Numbered from the stretch's first letter, positions 1-11,959 are shown. The stretch: DNA of 64,000 nucleotides from an uncultured Chlamydiae bacterium (GCA_963754655.1 CAVWGN010000001.1:288001-352000); one strand, 5' to 3'. Translations and numbers: made by a program. Notes: generated by a model from the sequence alone, not told the origin.

Positions 1-1484
1 ATAAGCATAGACTGAGTGTCTTTAACAGAGGATTGTTTGATCAGCTTTTCATAGTAGATGCGAGAATAAGCCGCCCGTTGATCTAAAATTGCTAACCCTC
101 CTTCTCGCTTATTTGCAGAAGATCCCATCAACTGACTAGTTAAATGAAAAGGTTCTAGAATACAATAGCCTAGCAAAGTGGCCAAAACGCGAGGAGCAGA
201 CGGTGGCGGATAGAGTGAGGGTGTTTGAATAGGCTGGGGCTTAACAGGCGAAGAAGCAATGGACTCTAAATAGCGTGTGGGAGTGCTGGGAATCGAGGTG
301 TCCATGACGGAAGGAGAATAAGCCGTAGCATTGGATTGAAATTCCCATTTTTCTTCTACCATTGAAGGCTTTTTAGAGTTAGGCGACAAAAGCGAGGCAT
401 AAGGACCCCAAAAAGGAGGAATTGGGGATGTTTCTTCGGATGAGGGTAGGCTCAAATGCTTTTGTTCTTGGCGTAAGACTGTTTGAATGGCTTGGATGAT
501 CGCTTCTTTTAATTGAAATTCCTGTCTTAAGCGTACCTCTCTCTTTTGAGGATGAACGTTGACATCCAAAAGAGAGCCGGGTATGCGGAGATGCAGCACG
601 AAAATAGGATAGCGTTGATTGGGTAGCATGGTCCCATACCCTTCACGTACAGCAGAAGCAATTAACGGAGAAAAAACAAGACGTTGATTGATAAAAAGAT
701 GTTGTCCCGTGCGATTGGGTTTATGAGAAGAGGGAGAGCCAATGTAGCCTTCTAACTCATAAGGGGACTGTTGAAATTTTAAGGGAAGAAGGGTTGAAGC
801 GTATTCTTTGCCAAGAACGCATTCCAAGCGCCTTTCTAGTAATTCATGAAAGGAAAGGCCAGAAGGATTCAAGGGTGTTTTCAATAAAGATTTTTGATTA
901 CTAATCAATTCAAATTGAACCGTTGGATAGGCCAAAGCCAAAAGGCCTAGCATTTTTAATATGTCTTGAGTATCAAAAGTGGGAGATTTCTGAAATTTGC
1001 GTCGTACAGGAACATTAAAAAAAAGAGCTTTCACTTCAATCGTTGTGCCGGGAGAGCGTGCCGCAGAAGAACAAGAGATAAGGCGTCCCCCTTCAACTAC
1101 TACTAAAGTTCCCTGTTCTTTTTTTTCACCTTCACGAGGACTAGTCAATAAAGTTAACTTAGAAATTGCAGCAATAGAAGGGATGGCTTCTCCGCGAAAC
1201 CCCATTGTCAACAGATCTTGTATATCTTCGACTTCACGGATTTTTGAAGTCGCGTGCCGTTCTAAGCAAAGCAATGCATCATCAGGAGACATGCCACATC
1301 CATCATCAGAAATACGAATGAGTTGACGCCCTCCTTCTTGAATTTCTACACAAATGCTTTTCGCTCCAGCGTCCAAAGCATTCTCCACTAATTCTTTTAC
1401 TACTGAGGCAGGATTTTCAATAACCTCGCCGGCAGCAATTTTATTAATGGTTTGATCATTTAGAACGCGAATTCTTGAAGTCAT
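1..1484 (-). CDS. mutL: DNA mismatch repair protein MutL (3' end runs off the window; not in the ORF track)
   Basis: Manual translation from ATG at 1484 gives MTSRIRVLNDQTINKIAAGEVIENPASVVKELVENALDAG, followed by the GHKL motif GFRGEAIPSI. Confidence 0.97.
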   Translation of the reverse strand, partial: MTSRIRVLNDQTINKIAAGEVIENPASVVKELVENALDAGAKSICVEIQEGGRQLIRISDDGCGMSPDDALLCLERHATSKIREVEDIQDLLTMGFRGEAIPSIAAISKLTLLTSPREGEKKEQGTLVVVEGGRLISCSSAARSPGTTIEVKALFFNVPVRRKFQKSPTFDTQDILKMLGLLALAYPTVQFELISNQKSLLKTPLNPSGLSFHELLERRLECVLGKEYASTLLPLKFQQSPYELEGYIGSPSSHKPNRTGQHLFINQRLVFSPLIASAVREGYGTMLPNQRYPIFVLHLRIPGSLLDVNVHPQKREVRLRQEFQLKEAIIQAIQTVLRQEQKHLSLPSSEETSPIPPFWGPYASLLSPNSKKPSMVEEKWEFQSNATAYSPSVMDTSIPSTPTRYLESIASSPVKPQPIQTPSLYPPPSAPRVLATLLGYCILEPFHLTSQLMGSSANKREGGLAILDQRAAYSRIYYEKLIKQSSVKDTQSML

Positions 1485-1825
1485 AGCCTTGAATCATCAC
1501 AGTATAAAGCTGAAACAAAAATCTCTTAATTGAAGGTAGTCTATCAGAGAAATCAATTTTTGATGACTCAATTGATTTCTATTACACTGGAATTAGGTTA
1601 AATTTTGCCTATTGAATTTTGAATAGACTTTCTCTATCTCAGCAAACAAGAATAAGGCGAGTCTTAAAAATTGCAATTGTCTTGGATAATTACAAGCTCC
1701 CTCTTGATGAAAGAGTGGTAAAAACTTATAATAAGAAAAGACAGTTATTTTCTCAGGTGTCAATTTATTAAAACTTAATTTTTAAAATTAATGAATACAT
1801 CAACTATTAAATTTCATTTCCTATT

Positions 1826-3073
1826 ATGACAGATGTCTTTACTCACGCCAAAGCCATTGTTGCTAAATTAGCGCGCGCTGGTTATATAGCCTACTTTGCA
1901 GGCGGCTGGGTACGCGATTATATGATGGGACATCCCTCTGAAGATATCGACATTGCCACCAATGCTTCGCCAGTTGAAATCATGGATCTTTTTCCTCAAA
2001 CTATTTTAGTGGGACTGGCTTTTGGTATCGTCATCGTCGTCATAGAAGGGCATCACTTTGAAGTGGCGACTTTTCGTAAAGATTTACCTTATCTCGATGG
2101 CAGGCATCCGCAGGGGATTGAAAAGTCTACTCCACACGAAGATGCTTTGCGACGCGATTTTACCATTAATGGCATGTTTTATGATCCATTAGAAGGTATT
2201 ATTCATGATTTTGTTCATGGACAAGAGGACATTCGCAGAGGAATCATTCGCACCATTGGCGATCCCCACGAGCGTTTTTTTGAAGATCGTTTGCGTATGT
2301 TGCGTGCCTTTCGCTTTTCAGCTCGTTTTGCTTTTGCCATTGATCCTGAAACCCAAGCGGCTATCCATGAACACGCCGATAAATTGTTTCCTGCAGTTGC
2401 CATGGAAAGAGTGTGGCAAGAATTTAATAAAATGGTGACTTATCCCCGTTTTGATCAAGCAATTATTGAAATGCATCGCTTGACTTTGCTCGATGTTATT
2501 TTTCCTGAAATTGTTGGCCTGCATATTAAAGAATTGCGTCAGCGTGTCAAACACTTCTCCCATTTTCCTCCTTCTTGTCCAACTATTCTTTATCTCATGG
2601 AAATCTTGGGATATCTTCCTTTAGCGCAAAAACTGGAAATTGCCAAACGACTGAAGGTTCCTAATAAAGATTTTAAACTGCTTGAATTTATGGAATTCCT
2701 TGATCAAGCAGTGATTCTAGAGCAGCAGAGCCAAATCATCGATTTGCATCGCTGGGCGACTTTATTTGCCCATGCAGATTGGGAACTGGGAATTAAATTG
2801 CTGGCGATACGTTATGCCGATGAAAAACGTGATTCTTTTTTTCAAAAATATCTCGATCGTTTTCGACATCTTGAGCCTCATATTTTACGGTTAAGAACGG
2901 GCAAGCCTTTGATTACAGCTGCTTTGCTTCAACAACAAGGCATTCAGCCAGGCAAGCGCATGGGATTATTACTCAAAGAAGCCGAACGCATTGCGATTAA
3001 TGAGAATTATCATGATCCTGCTCCTGTTCTTGCCGTCCTATCCCAGCTAACTTTATGGAAACAGGAAGTATGA
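1826..3073 (+). CDS. tRNA nucleotidyltransferase (CCA-adding enzyme / poly(A) polymerase family)
   Basis: GGWVRD, DIDIAT, RRDFTIN and EDRLRMLRAFRF motifs; lacks the GRRF-type poly(A) polymerase signature, so CCA-type is favoured. Confidence 0.88.
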   Translation: MTDVFTHAKAIVAKLARAGYIAYFAGGWVRDYMMGHPSEDIDIATNASPVEIMDLFPQTILVGLAFGIVIVVIEGHHFEVATFRKDLPYLDGRHPQGIEKSTPHEDALRRDFTINGMFYDPLEGIIHDFVHGQEDIRRGIIRTIGDPHERFFEDRLRMLRAFRFSARFAFAIDPETQAAIHEHADKLFPAVAMERVWQEFNKMVTYPRFDQAIIEMHRLTLLDVIFPEIVGLHIKELRQRVKHFSHFPPSCPTILYLMEILGYLPLAQKLEIAKRLKVPNKDFKLLEFMEFLDQAVILEQQSQIIDLHRWATLFAHADWELGIKLLAIRYADEKRDSFFQKYLDRFRHLEPHILRLRTGKPLITAALLQQQGIQPGKRMGLLLKEAERIAINENYHDPAPVLAVLSQLTLWKQEV

Positions 3074-3825
3074 AAGAGCCACGTTCGGTGACAAGTTTAC
3101 AACATCCTTTAGTCAAGCATTTAGTTAAGCTTCGCACTGATAGTGCTTATCGCTATGCCTCTCAAGTCATTGTGTTAGAAGGATTGAAACCGATTCAAGA
3201 GGTTTCAACACAGATTACTAAGCTTTTGTATACGCCTCTTTGTGCCTCTTTTGCGGCCTCCATTCCATGCGAAAAGTGGCAGGTGACGGAAGCGGTTTTA
3301 CACAAAATATCGGGAATGACATCGCCTGAAGGTATTCTTGCTGAAATTCGCATGCCTCCTTTTGTTTTACTTGACAAAGCCAAGCAAGTCTTGGCATTGG
3401 ATGGAATCAATGATCCAGGAAATGTTGGAACCCTTTTGCGCACAGCCCTTGCTTTGGGATGGGAAGCTGTTTACTTTTTGCCTGGCAGTTGTGATCCCTT
3501 CAATGAAAAAGCTTTGCGCGCAGCACGAGGAGCACATTTTAAGCTCGCCCTTGCAAAAGGAAGTGCTGAACAGCTGCATCAATGGGTTCTGGCGCAAGGA
3601 GTTCAGCCTTTAGTAGCGGGTCTTAATGGAAGCATCCCAGAAGAGGTGGCTCATGCTGCAAAGCGCCTCTTGGTTGTGGGCAATGAAGCTCATGGTGCTT
3701 CAAACTCGGTTCGGCAATTTTGCCAGCCTTTGACCATTCCTATGCCGGGAGAAATGGAGTCGCTCAATGTGGCAGTGGCAGGTGGCATCCTGCTTTATTT
3801 GTTATCTAATTTTAAGAAAGTGTAG
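3070..3825 (+). CDS. TrmH/SpoU family RNA methyltransferase
   Basis: DPGNVGTLLRTA, GNEAHG and IPMPGEMESLNVAVAGGI SPOUT motifs; ATG at 3070 overlaps the upstream TGA. Confidence 0.92.
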   Translation: MKEPRSVTSLQHPLVKHLVKLRTDSAYRYASQVIVLEGLKPIQEVSTQITKLLYTPLCASFAASIPCEKWQVTEAVLHKISGMTSPEGILAEIRMPPFVLLDKAKQVLALDGINDPGNVGTLLRTALALGWEAVYFLPGSCDPFNEKALRAARGAHFKLALAKGSAEQLHQWVLAQGVQPLVAGLNGSIPEEVAHAAKRLLVVGNEAHGASNSVRQFCQPLTIPMPGEMESLNVAVAGGILLYLLSNFKKV

Positions 3826-3833
3826 GTGTCTTT

Positions 3834-4991
3834 ATGAAAGAGCAAGATCATTCTCATTCTCGCCGTTGGATGGGTTGTCCAGTCGAAGAGGAATACTTGG
3901 GGCAGAATCGTAAAGAAGGCAAGATGAAGCGGAAAATGGCAATAGCTAAAGATCGCTCGAAGTACAAAAAAACTGATCAAGAAAAATACTTGAAAAGTGT
4001 GGAAAAGGATCAAGCAGCGAAATTAAGCAAGCAAGATTGGTTAGAAGGGCGCGTTTTATCTATTATGCCCCAGGGAATTATTGTTGATTGGCAAGGAGAA
4101 AGGATTAGCTGTGTACTCAAAGGTTTGTTAAAAAAGGAAAAAACGCAAGCTAAAAATCTGGTTGCTGTAGGCGATTTTGTCTTGTTTGAGAAAACGGCTG
4201 AAAGAGAAGGAATCATTGGCCATGTCAAACCTCGCCGCACGATTCTTTCGCGGGCAGATAACTTATCGCGCCGCAAAGAACAACTCATTGCTGTCAATAT
4301 TGATCAAGTCATCATTACCGCTTCAATGGTCAATCCTCCTTTAAAATCTTCGATCATTGATCGCTATATTATTGCTACACAAAAAGGAGGAATGCAGCCC
4401 ATTATTGTCATTAATAAAACTGATCTTCTCGATAACGAAGAGAATTATGATCCCATTCTTTTAGAAATAGAAAGAGAATTATATGCAGAGGCGGTCAAAG
4501 CCTATGCGGCTGCGGGCATTCCTCTTATTTCTTTGAGTACAGTTCAAGGAACGGGAATTGAAGAGCTAAAAGAAGCGATGCGTGATAAAGCCTCAGTTTT
4601 TTCGGGACAATCGGGTGTGGGAAAATCTTCGCTGATCAATGTTATTACAGGTTTAGATTTGCGTGTTGGGGAAGTGGTAGAAAAAACTAAAAAGGGATCA
4701 CATACGACAACAACGACCCAGCTGATTCCCCTTAAATTTGGCGGATGGTGCGTGGATACGCCAGGAATTAAAAGCTTTGGCATATGGAATCTCGATCGCG
4801 AAGAAGTAGAAGGTTATTTTTCAGAAATTCACGAATATGGTTTGCAATGCAAATTTACCGATTGCACGCATGCGCATGAAGAACAGTGCGCTGTACAAAA
4901 AGCATTAGAAGAAGAAAAATTATCGCCTCTGCGCTATGAATCTTATCAAGCGCTTAGGCACAGCGTGAGTGAAGAACATGTACGGCGTTAG
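3834..4991 (+). CDS. rsgA: Ribosome small subunit-dependent GTPase A
   Basis: NKTD, GQSGVGKSS, GSHTTT, DTPG and C-terminal Zn knuckle CKFTDCTHAHEEQC. Confidence 0.96.
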   Translation: MKEQDHSHSRRWMGCPVEEEYLGQNRKEGKMKRKMAIAKDRSKYKKTDQEKYLKSVEKDQAAKLSKQDWLEGRVLSIMPQGIIVDWQGERISCVLKGLLKKEKTQAKNLVAVGDFVLFEKTAEREGIIGHVKPRRTILSRADNLSRRKEQLIAVNIDQVIITASMVNPPLKSSIIDRYIIATQKGGMQPIIVINKTDLLDNEENYDPILLEIERELYAEAVKAYAAAGIPLISLSTVQGTGIEELKEAMRDKASVFSGQSGVGKSSLINVITGLDLRVGEVVEKTKKGSHTTTTTQLIPLKFGGWCVDTPGIKSFGIWNLDREEVEGYFSEIHEYGLQCKFTDCTHAHEEQCAVQKALEEEKLSPLRYESYQALRHSVSEEHVRR

Positions 4992-5191
4992 CTCAAGCGA
5001 TGAGGTGTATGGCAGTAGGAGATCGGCTCCTTGAGCCAAAAATTTCAGATTTTTAAATCATCGCTAATTTCACCCATGCTAAGACCCAGCCATTGACTAT
5101 TAATTCAATGGAATAGAACAGTAAGGGATGCGGGCGTTTTTTAAGAAGCCGAAAAGCAAAGAAGAAAAATATTTGTACATAAAACTTATGA

Positions 5192-6565
<1,374 letters not shown>

Positions 6566-6970
6566 ATGATAAAAATGATTTATACAATTGCATTTTTTGG
6601 AGAAGCTGAAAGAGGCGAGTTTAACACGGCTTATTTTTGTCAAAATTTAGCACAACTCGATGAGTTTTTTGGGAATCCTCCCCCTAATAGTAAAGGACTT
6701 TACTATGCTGTACAGGCCTTGCTTTTTAAGCGCAATTTAATTTTTTTTCGCGTCATGGAAGAAGGCTTTAGCACTCAGGATTATTTAACTGGAGTCCGAT
6801 TGTTAGAGAAACAGCAGCTCATTCCTCAGCTTGATGCCATTTGCATTCCAGGTGTTGGGGATCCGACAGTACTGAATGCTTTGCAACCCGTTTGCCAACA
6901 ATATCATAGTATCTTAATTTCAAGTGAGGCTGATTTTTATGACTATTTAACTTCAAAAAGCTCATCCTGA
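6566..6970 (+). CDS. Hypothetical protein, possible phage tail-sheath-like fragment
   Basis: Directly follows eno; IAFFGEAERG...LDEFFG...LYYAVQA...FFRV...AICIPGV pattern. Confidence 0.7.
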   Translation: MIKMIYTIAFFGEAERGEFNTAYFCQNLAQLDEFFGNPPPNSKGLYYAVQALLFKRNLIFFRVMEEGFSTQDYLTGVRLLEKQQLIPQLDAICIPGVGDPTVLNALQPVCQQYHSILISSEADFYDYLTSKSSS

Positions 6971-7058
6971 GTTGTCTATATCCCTTTCATCCTTCCGATT
7001 TTTTTCATCTACCCACGCCTTACGTCATGGGTAAATGAGGGATTTGTATTCTTTCCTC

Positions 7059-7808
7059 TTATCTACGATCATTAATTTTGGCCAATAAGCGCAAGATTTC
7101 AATGTAGAGCCAAATAAGAGTAACCATTAAAGCAAAAGCGCCATACCATTCCATGTATTTAGGTACTCCGCCACGTGAACCTTGTTCAATGAAATCAAAA
7201 TCAAGAATAAAATTCAAAGCTGCGATGCCCACAACAAAGACGCTGAAGAGAATGCTGAAAATGCTACTTCCAGTGATAAAAGGAACATTGACATGGAAAA
7301 ATCCTAAAATCATAGAAACAAAATAAACCAGGGCGATTGCACCCGTCGCTGCCACGACTCCCCATTTAAAACGCTCCGTTGGACGAATCCATCCAGCCTG
7401 ATAGGCAACCAGCATGACAAGCAAAGTAGCAATAGATAAACTTACCGCTTGCAATACGATTCCAGGATAGCTTTTCTCAAATATTCCCGAAATACCACCG
7501 AGAAAAAGCCCTTCTGCTACGGCATATAACGGGGCTGTCATAGGAGCCCAATTTTTCTTGAAAATCGTAGCAAGGGATAAAACAAAGCCGGCAATTAATC
7601 CTACCCACATCCAGGTTTGCACAGCTGCCGGATTTTGTCCTGCAAGATAAAATTTTTTCCAAACCCAGGCGGCGGGAAGAAGAACAAGCAAAAGAAGAAT
7701 AGCCGTTTTATTGATTGTTCCTCGAATAGTCATAGCTTTGGATTCAGACACCATTCCAAATCCACCTGAAAATGGATTAGTGATTAAGGCCGGATTAGAC
7801 GATCGCAT
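7059..7808 (-). CDS. Bax inhibitor-1/YccA family membrane protein
   Basis: MRSSNP start with GGAG upstream; about 7 TM segments; C-terminal LDFDFIE...PKYMEWYGAFALMVTLIWLYIEILRLL. Confidence 0.92.
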   Translation of the reverse strand: MRSSNPALITNPFSGGFGMVSESKAMTIRGTINKTAILLLLVLLPAAWVWKKFYLAGQNPAAVQTWMWVGLIAGFVLSLATIFKKNWAPMTAPLYAVAEGLFLGGISGIFEKSYPGIVLQAVSLSIATLLVMLVAYQAGWIRPTERFKWGVVAATGAIALVYFVSMILGFFHVNVPFITGSSIFSILFSVFVVGIAALNFILDFDFIEQGSRGGVPKYMEWYGAFALMVTLIWLYIEILRLLAKINDRR

Positions 7809-8258
7809 AAAATATTCTCCTAATTTAAATTTAAGATTAATTATGAGTTTACCTTGTGAAAGCCTTTTTTTCAAGCTTAACAATAACTTGAGATCGTTGT
7901 AAAAGAGGGGTTTACAGATTTTTCCTGTTTTGAGATAATAATTATAAGTTTCAGAGGTTAAATAAGTTAAGGATAAAGGGTTCAATTTCCTCTCCTTATC
8001 ATAATAGCATCTTTTATGCTTCGATTATCGGTCAATTTCAGGAGGGTAAGGAATCCTAAAAAGATTGTTTTTCTTTGTTTTTAATTCCTTAGGTTTTTTA
8101 TGCCCCTTATTTAGCTAACACTTCTGATTGCACCTTTTTTAGCAAAAAGACTTAAATCTTTTGAAAGAAAAGAGTTATTATTTTAATATTTAACATTACG
8201 TTAATTGAAGTTTATCATAAACTTCCTCTAAAATAACGCTCATTAAGAGAGAATAAAT

Positions 8259-11200
8259 ATGTTTGGATTTCTCAAGAAGATCTTTGGTAGTGCGCATGAT
8301 CGCCTTTTGAATAGGTATCGCAAAATTGTTCAGGAGGTGAATCGTTGGGATCAGCAATTGACGACCTTAACGGATGACCAATTACGCGCAAAGACGGAAG
8401 AATTTCGTCAACGCCATCAAAAGGGAGAATCATTAGATCAGCTTTTACCTGAAGCCTATGCAGTTGTTAAGAATGTTTGCCGTCGTTTAAGTGGAGTAGA
8501 AGTTCACGTATCGGGCTATAATCAGAAATGGGATATGGTTCCTTATGACGTGCAAATGATTGGTGCGATTGCCATGCACTATGGAGCTATAGCTGAAATG
8601 CAAACGGGTGAAGGAAAAACACTTACAGCGGTTATGCCGCTGTATTTAAATGCTCTTTCGGGTAAGCCTGTTCACTTGGTCACTGTTAACGATTATCTTG
8701 CTCAGCGCGACTGCGAATGGGTAGGGACAATTTTGCGCTGGCTGGGATTGAAAACAGGCGCTTTGACCAATAGCGTTCCCATTGAAAATCGTAAGCAAAT
8801 TTATACTTGTGATGTGGTTTATGGGACCTCTTCTGAATTTGGCTTTGACTATTTGCGTGACAATTCCATGGCTATGACCAAACACGACCAGGTGCAAAGG
8901 GGATATTACTTTGCCATTATTGATGAGGTAGATTCCATCTTAATTGATGAAGCGCGCACGCCTTTGATCATTTCGGGTCCCGTTCCAGACAGCCGTCAAA
9001 TGTATGATGAATTAAAAACGGGGGTGGCTGAACTAGTGCGTCACCAGCGCGATTTATGTAATCGATTCGCTACTGATGCCCGCAAAATGTTAGATCAACT
9101 TGCTGCCAATCCCAATCCTAATGCGAAGAAGGATAAAAAGCAGGAAGAGGCAGAACAAGAAGCTTATCGCAAGTTATGGCTGGTAGGGAAGGGGACTCCT
9201 CAGAATAAAGTGTTGAAGCGAGCAAAGGAAAATCCAGATATTCGCGCTGCCATCGATAGTTGGGATCTTTATTATCATTCCGATCAAAATAAAGAAGATC
9301 GTCTTAAGACTTTGGCTGAGCTTTACATGATTGTCGATGAAAAGAGCAACGAATATGAATTGACGGATAAGGGAATCGGAGCTTGGCAAACCTACACAGG
9401 GGGCGTAGGGAGTCCAGAAGATTTCATTATGATGGACATCAGTCATGAGTACATCAAGGTAGATGAGAATCGCGAATTAGATGATGAGGCCAAGATGGCA
9501 CGCAAATTGGGCATTCGTGAAGAAGATGCCAAGCGTAAAGAGCGCGCTCACAACTTGCGGCAGCTGCTGCGTGCCCATCTTTTGATGGAAAAAGATATTG
9601 ATTACATCGTGCATGAAAATAAAATCATCATTATTGACGAAAACACAGGGCGCCCACAGCCGGGAAGACGTTTTTCCGACGGTTTGCATCAGGCTATTGA
9701 AGCAAAAGAAGGGGTAGAAATTCAAAAAGAGACGCAAACTTATGCGACTATTACCCTTCAAAATTTCTTCCGGATGTATGAAAAACTATCGGGTATGACA
9801 GGAACCGCTTCAACAGAAGCGCAGGAATTCAAAGAAATTTACAAATTAGATGTTTTAGAAATCCCGACTCATCGTTCTTGCTGTCGTCACGATTACAATG
9901 ATGAGATCTATATGACTGAGCGCGAAAAATATAACGCGATTCTCAAAGAAGTGAGAACGGCCCATGAGCAGGGGCGTCCCGTGCTCATTGGAACTGAATC
10001 AGTGGAAGTGTCGGAAAAACTGTCGCGTATTTTTAAGCAAAACCATTTAACCCATACTGTTTTGAATGCTAAGCAAAACGAACGTGAAGCCGAAGTTGTT
10101 GCGCAAGCAGGAAAAAGAGGATCCATTACTATTGCCACCAACATGGCGGGTCGTGGAACAGATATTAAATTAGAAGCAGGAATTGCTGAATTAGGGGGAT
10201 TGTATGTAGTGGGAACAACGCGCCACCAATCCCGTCGCACCGATCGTCAGTTAAGAGGGCGTTGTGCCCGTCAAGGAGATCCTGGAACATCCAAATTCTA
10301 TATTTCCTTTGAAGATTCTCTTTTGCGTCTTTTTGCTTCGCCTCGGATTACGGGAATTTTCCAAAGATTCCGTCCGCCAGAGGGCGAGCCCATTTCTGCA
10401 GGGATGTTGAATAAATCAATTGAAACTGCACAAAAGCGAGTAGAGCAGCGCAATTACATGATGCGTAAGCATACGCTTGAATATGATGATGTCATGAACA
10501 AACAAAGGAAGGAAATCTATGCTTTCCGTAATGAAGTTCTTCAAGTGAATGATATTGAGCCTCTCGCTATTGAAGTCATTGAAAGCGTTTGCACATTGGG
10601 AGCCGAGCGTTTTATGCAAAACCGTTCGGAGGAGGGAGCATGGAATCCTGAAGGTTATCGCCAATGGTTAATGTCCCTTTTCCCGGTGACTTTTGATCCC
10701 CAAGAATTTGATCAGGACTACTTAGATGTGGAACAGATTGATACCTTGGCTGTAGAAAAAGTCGTTCAGGCTTTTAAAGATAAACTGAAAAGAGAAAATC
10801 TCAAAGTTCCGGCCGATCTCCTAATTGAGGGTGAACCTCCTCATCCAGCTCATAATGCCGTTCGCAATCTCATGATTCGCAAAACAGATCAACTATGGCA
10901 AGAGCACTTGCTCCGTATGGATCACTTGCGCTCGGACGTGACATTGCGTGCTGTAGGACAGCGCGATCCATTAACAGAATTCAAGCATGAAGCTTTTGCT
11001 TTATTTGACGAGTTAAGTCGTAATCTACGTACGGAAATTGCCCGTTCTATTTTCCGCTTTGAAATCATTGCACCGCAGCAAACACTTCAACAACTTTTGA
11101 TGAATACTGGTTTACGCATGGAGAGGAACCGATCGCTTTTTGATGACTTGGAAAAGGGCCAACAAGAATCTGATGGCTCCCTCCCACAAAGTCAACAAAA

Positions 11201-11354
11201 TAGAGAACAACCAAATGAAGAAGAGGCAGAATCTGAAGAGAATGAGCGTTCCGAGCCCTTTACGGCTGGGACGCGTGTAGGGCGTAATGATCAGTGTCCT
11301 TGTGGCAGCGGCAAGAAATACAAAAAATGCTGTTATCAAGCAGAAATTGTTTAA
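8259..11354 (+). CDS. secA: Preprotein translocase ATPase SecA
   Basis: MQTGEGKT, DEVDSILIDEARTPLIISG, ATNMAGRGTDI and C-terminal SEC-C CPCGSGKKYKKCC. Confidence 0.99.
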   Translation: MFGFLKKIFGSAHDRLLNRYRKIVQEVNRWDQQLTTLTDDQLRAKTEEFRQRHQKGESLDQLLPEAYAVVKNVCRRLSGVEVHVSGYNQKWDMVPYDVQMIGAIAMHYGAIAEMQTGEGKTLTAVMPLYLNALSGKPVHLVTVNDYLAQRDCEWVGTILRWLGLKTGALTNSVPIENRKQIYTCDVVYGTSSEFGFDYLRDNSMAMTKHDQVQRGYYFAIIDEVDSILIDEARTPLIISGPVPDSRQMYDELKTGVAELVRHQRDLCNRFATDARKMLDQLAANPNPNAKKDKKQEEAEQEAYRKLWLVGKGTPQNKVLKRAKENPDIRAAIDSWDLYYHSDQNKEDRLKTLAELYMIVDEKSNEYELTDKGIGAWQTYTGGVGSPEDFIMMDISHEYIKVDENRELDDEAKMARKLGIREEDAKRKERAHNLRQLLRAHLLMEKDIDYIVHENKIIIIDENTGRPQPGRRFSDGLHQAIEAKEGVEIQKETQTYATITLQNFFRMYEKLSGMTGTASTEAQEFKEIYKLDVLEIPTHRSCCRHDYNDEIYMTEREKYNAILKEVRTAHEQGRPVLIGTESVEVSEKLSRIFKQNHLTHTVLNAKQNEREAEVVAQAGKRGSITIATNMAGRGTDIKLEAGIAELGGLYVVGTTRHQSRRTDRQLRGRCARQGDPGTSKFYISFEDSLLRLFASPRITGIFQRFRPPEGEPISAGMLNKSIETAQKRVEQRNYMMRKHTLEYDDVMNKQRKEIYAFRNEVLQVNDIEPLAIEVIESVCTLGAERFMQNRSEEGAWNPEGYRQWLMSLFPVTFDPQEFDQDYLDVEQIDTLAVEKVVQAFKDKLKRENLKVPADLLIEGEPPHPAHNAVRNLMIRKTDQLWQEHLLRMDHLRSDVTLRAVGQRDPLTEFKHEAFALFDELSRNLRTEIARSIFRFEIIAPQQTLQQLLMNTGLRMERNRSLFDDLEKGQQESDGSLPQSQQNREQPNEEEAESEENERSEPFTAGTRVGRNDQCPCGSGKKYKKCCYQAEIV

Positions 11355-11385
11355 ATTAAATGATTAATAAGCTGTTGCAGGAGCA

Positions 11386-11461
11386 AAGAAGGGGCGTCAA
11401 ATCAATAGAACGGATGTCCCCCTCCGGGGACATCCGTTCTATTGATTTGACGCCCCTTCTT
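11386..11461. repeat. Perfect 36-bp inverted repeat with 4-nt loop; possible terminator or minimal MITE
   Basis: AAGAAGGGGCGTCAAATCAATAGAACGGATGTCCCC-ctcc-GGGGACATCCGTTCTATTGATTTGACGCCCCTTCTT, about 30 bp after the secA stop. Confidence 0.9.
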
Positions 11462-11549
11462 AACTTAATGCTGAAGTTTTGCAAAATTAATTAATTCAAG
11501 TTGAGACAAGTCTTAAAGCGTTCATTATATCTGAATTTTAACGTGGTTC

Positions 11550-11811
11550 AATTGAAGGTCGCATGTTTATGCCGTCCTTTCAGGACTCGATGTCTTTTTG
11601 ATAGAACCCAGGCCTCCGCTTCGCTGCGACCTGGGCTGTAACATGACGGCCCTTCAGGCCTTAACAAGAGATGTTTAAATCCCTCTTCTATAGTCCCTAA
11701 ATCATCTTTTTGTTAAGGCCTGAAGGGCCGTCATGTTACAGCCCAGGTCGCAGCGAAGCGGAGGCCTGGGTTCTATCAAAAAGACATCGAGTCCTGAAAG
11801 GACGGCATAAA
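11550..11811. repeat. Family A palindromic REPIN/MITE-like element, core copy
   Basis: Long inverted arms containing GTCCTTTCAGGAC, CCCAGGCC...GACCTGGG and GGCCCTTCAGGCC hairpins; near-identical to 16147-16470 and 33382-33770. Confidence 0.93.
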
Positions 11812-11959
11812 TAAGTGATTTTTTCCTTGGCTAAACTTCTTCAAGACATAGGACATCACAAATCTTTACATTTTTAAGTTTTTTTTCTTATCGTTTGCCT
11901 AAGTTTTTACGTATGAGAAGTAATGGGTGAGGTTAGAAACGGTTAGAGAGTAATTTTCT

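Noticed and set aside
997..1326. 109-aa plus-strand ORF
   Set aside because: Antisense shadow of mutL. The other short ORFs nested within long genes were rejected for the same reason.
7809..7985. Long N-terminal extensions in the ORF track (Bax inhibitor, rluB-like, thyX, trkA, rodA)
   Set aside because: These come from upstream alternative starts; family-typical N-termini begin at the downstream codons used in the feature list.
8990..9580. Large insertion in SecA
   Set aside because: Long insertions in this region are, to my knowledge, usual in chlamydial SecA; the frame is intact and I see no intein motifs.
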